Assembly: GCA_913043255.1 (NCBI GenBank)
Contig: CAJWLK010000011.1
Span: forward strand, 11,170 to 75,169
Source: an uncultured Gemmatimonadota bacterium
Lineage (GTDB): Bacteria > Gemmatimonadota > Gemmatimonadetes > Palauibacterales > Palauibacteraceae
Direction: 5' to 3'
DNA: 64,000 nt
The translations under genes were made by a program, and so were the position numbers. Of the stretch, positions 57,087-64,000 are shown piece after piece. Numbering within the stretch: the stretch's first letter is position 1; each line of letters starts with the position of its first letter. Below the pieces are notes generated by a model. That model saw only the letters and a list, made by a program, of their open reading frames with translations. It was not told where the DNA came from and did no database searches.

Positions 57087-59648
57087 ATGGAGACTACTGA
57101 TAGTGTCGATCGCATCGAGCCGCGATTATTAGAAGACGAGATGCGCGATTCGTTCATCGATTATTCGATGAGTGTGATTGTGCAGCGTGCCCTGCCAGAC
57201 GTCCGAGATGGATTGAAACCAGTCCACCGTCGAATCCTCTTCGCAATGAACGAGTTAGGACTAAGTCCTACACGTCCCTATAAGAAGAGCGTCACGGTCG
57301 TCGGAGATGTGCTCGGCAAATACCATCCGCACGGCGACGGAGCTGTCTACGACTCATTAGTCCGTATGGCCCAGGATTTTTCGCTTCGATATCCATTGGT
57401 TGACGGACAAGGGAATTTCGGTTCGATCGACGGGGACTCGGCGGCAGCCTACCGCTATACAGAGGCACGGCTCGCCTCGTTTGCAACTGCGTTGCTGTCT
57501 GATATCGATAAAGAGACGGTCGACTTTGGACTAAACTTTGACGACCGTTTATTGGAACCGACGGTTTTGCCGTCAACGGTGCCCAACCTGCTTGTGAACG
57601 GATCCTCTGGAATCGCCGTTGGGATGGCAACGAATATCCCACCGCATAATCTCGGTGAAGTGGTAGGAGCCTGTAAGCTTTTAATCGAAAATCCCGATGC
57701 GACCGTGGAAGATCTCATGGAATCCATCCAGGGCCCCGATTTCCCGACCGGTGGTTTTATCTACGGTTCGGAAGGGATTCGAGAAGCCTATTCTGGCGGC
57801 CGCGGTCGTGTTGTGATGCGAGCTAAGGCCCATATGGAGGAAAGGAAACACGGTGGGGAGCAGATCGTTATCACCGAGATTCCCTTTATGGTCAACAAGA
57901 CCCGAATTATTGAACAGATTGCTCAGCTCGTCCGTGATAAGAAAACCACAGATGTCGCTGATCTTCGCGATGAGTCTGATCGAGATGGGATCCGCATAGT
58001 TATTGAGCTCAAGCGCGATGCGATCTCCCAGATCGTGCTCAATCAGCTCTACAAGGCCACACAGATGCAGTCAACGTTCGGCATAATCATGTTGGCGTTG
58101 GTGGACGGTGTCCCGCAGGTAATGTCCCTCAAGTCCATGCTCTCGCACTTCCTCGAGCATCGGCACGAGGTGGTTGAGCGTCGATCACAGTTCGAACTCA
58201 CTGCGGCCAAAGATCGTGAACATGTACTTGAAGGTCTTAAGATTGCGGTCGATAACATCGACGAAGTGATCAAGATCATCCGCGGATCGCCTGATGCGGA
58301 GATTGCTGGTGCGGAGCTTCGTGCCGCATTTGAACTTAGTAAGCGACAGGTTGAGGCTATCCTCAACATGCGGCTCGCTCGCCTCACAGGACTTGAGATT
58401 GAGAAGCTCGAAGGAGAACTCAAAGAGGTACGTGCGCGACGAAAAGAGCTCGAGGCAATTCTAGCCTCACGGGATCTCCGCATGGAGATCGTGGGTGAAG
58501 AGCTTGAGGAGGTGGCAGGGAAATTTACGGACGCACGTCGGACGGAGATCATTGATGTAGCAGCGAATTTCACTGAAGAAGACCTGATCGCTGAGGAGAA
58601 TATGGTGATCACGGTTTCGCATTCAGGCTACATCAAACGCATCCAACCGGATGTATATCGCGCGCAACGACGTGGAGGACGTGGTATCGCCGGGATGGGG
58701 ACCAAGGAAGAGGATTGGGTTGAACATCTTTTCCTTGCTTCAACTCACGACTACCTGATGATATTCACACGTGATGGAAAAGTGTATTGGCTCAAGGTGT
58801 ATCAGATTCCGCCAGCTGGACGCACTGCTCGCGGAAAACCAATCGTCAACCTCCTAAGGATTGACAAGGATGAGGAAATTGCATCGATCGTTCGCGTCCG
58901 AGCATTTACCGATGAACAATCGCTGATTTTCGCTACCCGAAAGGGAATGGTGAAGAAGACGAGCCTGGCTGAATACAAGAACGTCAGGTCCAACGGAATA
59001 AATGCGATTAACATTCGAGAAGACGACCAACTGATCGATGTCAAGCTCACTGATGGGACCAATGATATCATCTTGGCGACTCGTGGTGGGATGTCGATTC
59101 GATTCAGTGAAACTGATGCGCGGAAAATGGGACGGGTTACGCAAGGTGTGCGGGGGATTCGCCTCAAACCGGACGACGAGGTGATCGGAATGGTTGTAGT
59201 CCGTCATACGGCCACCCTGCTTACGGCGTCGAAATTAGGAATGGGCAAACGAAGCCATCTGGATGACTATCGAACGCAGAAGCGTGGCGGAAAAGGCTTG
59301 ATCAACCTCAAGATATCCGAAAAAACAGGAGAGGTTGTTCGTGTACGTGAGGTGACCGATGACGATGAGCTCATGCTCGTTACCAAGAACGGGGTGATTA
59401 ATCGTCAGCCCGCAAATCAGATTTCTGTCATCGGTCGAAATACTCAGGGAGTTCGACTGATCGCACTCGACAATAAGGACACTCTCGTAGACGTTGCGCG
59501 AGTAATCGATAGGGTTTTAGAACTCGATGATGAGATAGAAACCCTCCAAGATAAGAATGGAAGTAACTCGTTGTCCGGTGAGGGGGTTCCAGTGGCCGAC
59601 CCGAATGAGATGAAACAAGAGGACGCTGATCCAACTGGTGATATGTGA
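57087..59648 (+). CDS. gyrA: DNA gyrase subunit A
   Basis: [32 protein letters not shown] catalytic Tyr, GyrA-box QRRGGRG, pinwheel repeats, acidic tail. Confidence 0.97.
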   Translation: METTDSVDRIEPRLLEDEMRDSFIDYSMSVIVQRALPDVRDGLKPVHRRILFAMNELGLSPTRPYKKSVTVVGDVLGKYHPHGDGAVYDSLVRMAQDFSLRYPLVDGQGNFGSIDGDSAAAYRYTEARLASFATALLSDIDKETVDFGLNFDDRLLEPTVLPSTVPNLLVNGSSGIAVGMATNIPPHNLGEVVGACKLLIENPDATVEDLMESIQGPDFPTGGFIYGSEGIREAYSGGRGRVVMRAKAHMEERKHGGEQIVITEIPFMVNKTRIIEQIAQLVRDKKTTDVADLRDESDRDGIRIVIELKRDAISQIVLNQLYKATQMQSTFGIIMLALVDGVPQVMSLKSMLSHFLEHRHEVVERRSQFELTAAKDREHVLEGLKIAVDNIDEVIKIIRGSPDAEIAGAELRAAFELSKRQVEAILNMRLARLTGLEIEKLEGELKEVRARRKELEAILASRDLRMEIVGEELEEVAGKFTDARRTEIIDVAANFTEEDLIAEENMVITVSHSGYIKRIQPDVYRAQRRGGRGIAGMGTKEEDWVEHLFLASTHDYLMIFTRDGKVYWLKVYQIPPAGRTARGKPIVNLLRIDKDEEIASIVRVRAFTDEQSLIFATRKGMVKKTSLAEYKNVRSNGINAINIREDDQLIDVKLTDGTNDIILATRGGMSIRFSETDARKMGRVTQGVRGIRLKPDDEVIGMVVVRHTATLLTASKLGMGKRSHLDDYRTQKRGGKGLINLKISEKTGEVVRVREVTDDDELMLVTKNGVINRQPANQISVIGRNTQGVRLIALDNKDTLVDVARVIDRVLELDDEIETLQDKNGSNSLSGEGVPVADPNEMKQEDADPTGDM

Positions 59649-60637
59649 CCCGGCCGGAACTTGTATCGCTTCAAGATGTTCAAGACGCACAGCTTCGTAT
59701 CAGAGATGCGGTACGGAGAACGCCACTTGTCTCGGCGCCACTCCCAGAGGTTGGAGTATCACCAGTAGAAGGGTCGCTCGATAGACTTTGGCTCAAGTGT
59801 GAAAACTTACAACGCGTGTCCGCCTTCAAAGCTCGCGGGGCTTACCATTTTGTGACCCGTCTCACCCCGGAGGAAAGGGAGGCTGGCCTGCTTACCTACT
59901 CCTCCGGAAACCACGCACAAGCAGTTGCATTCGCGGCTCGTCAGTTTAAAGTCCCCGCAAAAGTTGTCATGCCTACAGATGCTCCGAAAGTAAAACGCTT
60001 AGCAACGATAGCACTTGGTGCGGATGTTGAGTTTGAAGGTACCACATCATCTGAACGGAAGCGGCGAGCCGAAAAAATCCAGCGAGAACAAGGTGGAACC
60101 ATGGTGCCACCCTTTGATGACCCGGACATTATAGCTGGACAGGGGACAGTTGGGCTCGAGCTTGTAAGCCAGCTTGGTTCAAAAAAACCAGGATTAGTGC
60201 TCGCTCCGATCGGAGGGGGTGGTTTGGTCTCAGGAGTAGCAGTGGCGTTGAAAGGGCTCCACCCGGAAGCCAGAATGGTTGGTGTTGAGCCCGCAGGCGC
60301 CGCCTCTATGCTACGGTCGCGAGAAGGCGGAGGACCCATCACGCTGGACAGTGTCTCAACGGTGGCGGATGGACTTAAGCCGGTTCGGCCGGGTGACCTA
60401 ACATTTGCACACTGCGAAAACTTGGTCGATGAGATTGTAACGGTGGACGACGATAGCATTCGAGATGCTGTCCGATGGTTATTTAGCCTTGGTCTTGTTG
60501 TGGAACCCTCTGGAGCAGCTACGGTGGCAGCGTTATTACAAAGTGTTGTGGAGCCTGGAGTTGAAGGTGAGACAGTGGCGATTCTTTCTGGGGGTAACAT
60601 TGAACCTTCGCTACTTGTCGAATGGCTGCAGGAATGA
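59645..60637 (+). CDS. PLP-dependent Ser/Thr dehydratase / serine racemase-like enzyme (no ACT domain)
   Basis: KCENLQ...FKARGA, SSGNHAQ, PPFD, GQGT, GGGGL, EPSGA, SGGN; overlaps the gyrA stop. Confidence 0.9.
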   Translation: MTRPELVSLQDVQDAQLRIRDAVRRTPLVSAPLPEVGVSPVEGSLDRLWLKCENLQRVSAFKARGAYHFVTRLTPEEREAGLLTYSSGNHAQAVAFAARQFKVPAKVVMPTDAPKVKRLATIALGADVEFEGTTSSERKRRAEKIQREQGGTMVPPFDDPDIIAGQGTVGLELVSQLGSKKPGLVLAPIGGGGLVSGVAVALKGLHPEARMVGVEPAGAASMLRSREGGGPITLDSVSTVADGLKPVRPGDLTFAHCENLVDEIVTVDDDSIRDAVRWLFSLGLVVEPSGAATVAALLQSVVEPGVEGETVAILSGGNIEPSLLVEWLQE

Positions 60638-60703
60638 GGTCTAACTCTGTTCTTCCAAGGGTCGGCGATTTCGTTTTGAGTGCTCAAAAACCGCTTTAAT
60701 CCC

Positions 60704-61402
60704 ATGCTAGTTTTATTTGATATCGATGGTACCCTAGTGCATGCTGGTGGTGCGGGTAGGGCGGCCTTAGAGTCTGCCATGATAGAGGTTTATGGTACCA
60801 CCGGTCCTATCGATGAACTCCCGTTCGACGGCCTGACCGATCCTCAGATTGCCTACACACTACTTTCCGCTGCAGGGTTTGATGAAGGGTCGATCGAGAA
60901 GGGGCTCGATCTTCTATGGGTTTCATACCTGAATTGTCTCAGAAGTGAATTGATTATTCGTCAAGCCGACATGAAATCATATCCCGGTGTTTTGTCCTTA
61001 CTCGATGCGCTTGACGAGATCGGAGCAACGTTGGGTTTGGTTACTGGGAATATTTCGGGTGGGGCGCATGGAAAACTTGAAGCGTGTGGACTTGGCGGTC
61101 GTTTCCTGTTTGGTGCGTTCGGTTCCGATGCGGTCGACAGGAATGACCTTCCCCCAATTGCAATTGAACGGGCGTTTACTGAGACGGGCGTTCATTTTGC
61201 GCCGGAAGAAACTTGGATTGTCGGAGATACTCCGCAGGACATCGCTTGTGCGAAGGCGTCAGGACTTCGGGTTCTCGCCGTCGCTACGGGACGCTTTTCA
61301 GTAGCGGCACTGAAGGAGGCCGATGCGGATTGGGTTGTCCCATCACTGGATCACACGGCTGACGTCATGACTATCTTGACCTCTAGCAGTCGCGCGGAAT
61401 AG
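60704..61402 (+). CDS. HAD-family hydrolase (phosphoglycolate phosphatase-like)
   Basis: LFDIDGTL, LVTGN, FGSD, VGDTPQD motifs. Confidence 0.9.
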   Translation: MLVLFDIDGTLVHAGGAGRAALESAMIEVYGTTGPIDELPFDGLTDPQIAYTLLSAAGFDEGSIEKGLDLLWVSYLNCLRSELIIRQADMKSYPGVLSLLDALDEIGATLGLVTGNISGGAHGKLEACGLGGRFLFGAFGSDAVDRNDLPPIAIERAFTETGVHFAPEETWIVGDTPQDIACAKASGLRVLAVATGRFSVAALKEADADWVVPSLDHTADVMTILTSSSRAE

Positions 61403-61453
61403 TGAAAAGCCCAAGATTTTCTCTACGAAGAAGCAATAGGGGGACTAGTATCC

Positions 61454-62896
61454 GTGGCGTTTGAGGGGGGGCATAGCAGTGGTGACCGGCACGGCCGAGA
61501 GGCCGATGGTACTGATGTTTTCACGTTCGATGTAATCGTCAACGGGACACCTAGGCTCTACAACGTTCCAGTAGTGTGCACAGACCTTGTGATCCGTGCA
61601 GCGGATGAAGAAGTGTCTCTTGATTCTGTATTCTGGGTCTCTCGCCGAGCTGGTCTCGTGCTTTTATTTGCGCGCACGCGTTCGCTCGCCTTTCTCGGCC
61701 ACAGTGGTGACCTGGAGGAATTTGCTCGCACGATAGAACAGAAAACGGACCAGTCGAGGCAGCGAACTCTACTCCAGCCACTCGCAGCAGAGGTGGTAGT
61801 TTGCACCGCCGGCACAGCAGTGAACGGGATGTTATCGGGTTCCGACTTAAATGGGCTTCATCTCGCCGTGTTTACCCAACGTGCGGTTCATCTTTTTGCT
61901 GAGGATCGACACCATACAGTGCCCTGGCCAGTCGATCAGGTCAGCGAGATCAGTTCGGACACTAGGGAAGAGGGTAGGGCAGGTCTGCGGCTTTCCGCTC
62001 CGGATGTAGCCCTGGAATTTTACTATCTGTTTCCCGAAGAAATACAAGCCATCGCCATCGTCGCGCGTAAAGCTCCCGTGTCAGTTGGTACAGAAGATGA
62101 GTCGATTGAGATGTTCTCTAAAGGAGATGTGTCGCCACCTCGTCCCGCTGAACTTCCCGAGTTCATGATATCCGTTGAGACACTTCAGGCAGCCTTCCAG
62201 GAAGCAGCGCAGCGCGTGCGAGTGGACACATCTCTCGGGGATCGGTTAGATCGTCCCTACTTTGAGAGGCATTTTCAGGATCTCGGTGAGATTGCGTTGG
62301 GACCTCTCTTGCTCAGAAGATCGGCCGCCCTCGGGGCTGGGTCGATGGCACATGCAATCCAGGCGCTGGATGCGGAGCAAATGCGAGAGGACGCGATCGC
62401 CGCCTTTCATAGTCTTATTGAACAGCTTTTTAAAGTATACCGTGGAGAGATCGAAGCCCTTCTACTGGAAAAACGCCTCTCGAGTGAGATTGGAAGTAAA
62501 TTCCATGCTGTCGATCAACACGCAGCCCTAGTCACTTCCGTGACACAGCGGATTGAGATGCTAGACTCAGCTTTTGGAAAGGTGTTAGCTAGACAACATC
62601 TTTTGCTTCAGAGGTTGCATGCCCGTGAACACGAGCCACCAGAAACAGAAGAAACCGGCTTGGAGGAGGCGACGAGCGATTGGAAAGCTCAAGTGGTGAA
62701 ACTGGATGTTACATACGGTACTGCATGGAGTGCCGTGTTGAAGGAGGTCGCAGATCTTTGGTCTGATTATTTCATACCAAGTCTCCGGGAATTAGCAGCA
62801 CGTCCAAGACAACGCTTGTCGAAGAACGCGCGATTAGCGATCCTCGTGATCACCGTGTTGTCTCTCGTGGGAGCGTTGGCGTTTTGGCTTTCTTGA
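61454..62896 (+). CDS. Hypothetical protein with C-terminal membrane anchor
   Basis: 480-aa ORF fills the gap in a co-oriented gene string; beta-rich N-half, helical C-half, terminal TM helix LAILVITVLSLVGALAFWLS. Confidence 0.7.
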   Translation: MAFEGGHSSGDRHGREADGTDVFTFDVIVNGTPRLYNVPVVCTDLVIRAADEEVSLDSVFWVSRRAGLVLLFARTRSLAFLGHSGDLEEFARTIEQKTDQSRQRTLLQPLAAEVVVCTAGTAVNGMLSGSDLNGLHLAVFTQRAVHLFAEDRHHTVPWPVDQVSEISSDTREEGRAGLRLSAPDVALEFYYLFPEEIQAIAIVARKAPVSVGTEDESIEMFSKGDVSPPRPAELPEFMISVETLQAAFQEAAQRVRVDTSLGDRLDRPYFERHFQDLGEIALGPLLLRRSAALGAGSMAHAIQALDAEQMREDAIAAFHSLIEQLFKVYRGEIEALLLEKRLSSEIGSKFHAVDQHAALVTSVTQRIEMLDSAFGKVLARQHLLLQRLHAREHEPPETEETGLEEATSDWKAQVVKLDVTYGTAWSAVLKEVADLWSDYFIPSLRELAARPRQRLSKNARLAILVITVLSLVGALAFWLS

Positions 62897-62930
62897 TCAT
62901 CGGGTTCACACTGACCAGAGAGTAAGGATT

Positions 62931-63674
62931 TTGAATCAACGGACGAAGTCAAAATCATCTGAAGGAGGTGGGAACAAAGTCTTCCTGCTTCTAGGATTGT
63001 TGGTCGTACTTGCAGGTGGTGCCTGGCTATATATGGCAGGCCAGAGTAGTGGTGGGCCTGCCCAACCACTACCCACGCCGGATGAGTTTGAAGCCCTTTC
63101 GGCCCAGCTGCCTGGCGATGCTTCTGTCGGAATCTTATTGGGATCGGAGTCGGCCCCGATTACAATTGAGGAGTTTATTGACTATTCCTGCCCCGCATGC
63201 GCGAACTTTGCCGGTTTTACTGGCAGGCTCATCCGTCAAAATTATGTTGAGACAGGGCAGAGAGTGGCAAAGTGGATCACATACGATTTTGTGTTGGGGT
63301 CTTTTCCAAACTCCGTTCCGGCTGCGATGGCGGCTCGTTGCGCAGGTGATCAGGGTCAGTACTGGCCTATGCACGACATGATTTTCTCTCGTCAGACTCG
63401 CTGGTATACAAGTAACCGACCCGAAAATGAGTTTTCGGGAATTGCGGAAGATTTGGGTCTAGATATGGGCGCCTATCACGCCTGTACCGCAGAGAGCCGT
63501 TATCTACAAGAGATCGCTGTTTCCCGAAAGTACGGAGAGGAACGGGGTGTGGGGTCGACCCCCACCGTGTTTGTAGATGGACAAGTCGTTGATCTGTCGA
63601 GAGGTGATCCATACCAGGTCATCGAAAGTATGATTCAAAACAGGATGAATTCACTGTCTGCCGACAATCAGTAG
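62931..63674 (+). CDS. DsbA-family thiol-disulfide oxidoreductase, membrane-anchored
   Basis: TTG start after TAAGGA; N-terminal TM; EFIDYSCPAC, AARCA, GVGSTPTVFVDG. Confidence 0.9.
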   Translation: MNQRTKSKSSEGGGNKVFLLLGLLVVLAGGAWLYMAGQSSGGPAQPLPTPDEFEALSAQLPGDASVGILLGSESAPITIEEFIDYSCPACANFAGFTGRLIRQNYVETGQRVAKWITYDFVLGSFPNSVPAAMAARCAGDQGQYWPMHDMIFSRQTRWYTSNRPENEFSGIAEDLGLDMGAYHACTAESRYLQEIAVSRKYGEERGVGSTPTVFVDGQVVDLSRGDPYQVIESMIQNRMNSLSADNQ

Positions 63675-63722
63675 TGGCGAAAAACTTCGGTTTCCGAGTC
63701 TTTTACCTATGCCACGCCTTCA

Positions 63723-64000
63723 GTGACCAGACTTAACCGACACCGCGCGGTCGCCCTCTTGGCGTTAGCTGGCCTTTTTCTCTCGGTATACCTATTTCTG
63801 TATGCCAAGGGGTTCTACGGTTCCTTGGCGTGTGGAGCTGGAGGCGGTTGCGATCTTGTTCAGGGCTCTCGTTGGGCTGAGTTCCTCGGTTTCCCCGTGG
63901 CTGGGTGGGGTGTGGGATGGTATCTGGCCGTATTTGTCGTATCGCTAATATCAGTTCAGGTGCGAACGGCCAACGCCGGCTGGGTGAATAAGGCCCTGTT
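63723..64000 (+). CDS. Vitamin K epoxide reductase (VKOR) family protein, N-terminal part; runs off the right edge
   Basis: Manual translation from GTG 63723: MTRLNRHRAVALLALAGLFLSVYLFLYAKGFYGSLACGAGGGCDLVQGSRWAEFLGFPVAGWG..., the loop Cys pair and V..S.W...G.P motif of VKOR; adjacent to dsbA. Confidence 0.85.
   Translation, partial: MTRLNRHRAVALLALAGLFLSVYLFLYAKGFYGSLACGAGGGCDLVQGSRWAEFLGFPVAGWGVGWYLAVFVVSLISVQVRTANAGWVNKAL

Noticed and set aside
58049..58612. 187-aa Ser-rich minus-strand ORF
   Set aside because: Antisense shadow of the gyrA coiled-coil region.
59941..60780. 279-aa minus-strand ORF
   Set aside because: Antisense to the dehydratase and HAD genes; no motifs.
1..64000. CRISPR arrays, IS elements, prophage, defence islands, rRNA or tRNA
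   Set aside because: None recognised by eye; intergenic gaps are short and no repeat-spacer periodicity was seen. Small or divergent ncRNAs could have been missed without a covariance search.

Overview
Gene-dense bacterial chromosomal window, mostly core and cell-envelope genes. The gene repertoire suggests an uncultured Gram-negative heterotroph such as Gemmatimonadota; this is an inference, not a database result. I found no rRNA, tRNA, CRISPR array, transposase, integrase or prophage. The left end holds the 5' part of a quinohemoprotein amine dehydrogenase alpha-subunit gene (two CxxCH motifs, truncated by the window edge and missed by the ORF track). It is preceded by a QhpG-like FAD monooxygenase and a cluster of secreted proteins: two PAL-like NHL beta-propellers, a Cys-rich lectin-like protein, a HupE/UreJ-like membrane protein, a TonB-anchor/RGG-tail protein, a VPS10/BNR protein, copCD and a barrel-less TonB-plug protein. 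The middle contains phoX, rlpA, a metallopeptidase-PD40-Omp85 fusion, pyrE, a Fur-family regulator, fumC, a GldAFG-like ABC system with DUF4340, a GT-C glycosyltransferase, an MFS/Gfo-Idh-MocA/TIM-barrel sugar operon, S9 and serine hydrolases, a flap endonuclease, DUF1080 and acs. The right part has a CDF transporter, a V4R protein, doxX, leuS, an aminopeptidase, yggX, waaA, an ABC exporter, uvrA, a GT2, gyrA, a Ser/Thr dehydratase, a HAD hydrolase, a tail-anchored unknown, dsbA and a truncated VKOR. The best candidate for an undescribed system is the 1-7057 block (QHNDH plus QhpG plus a pair of PAL-like enzymes with different predicted active sites plus a HupE/UreJ-like protein). All functional calls come from motif recognition by eye.
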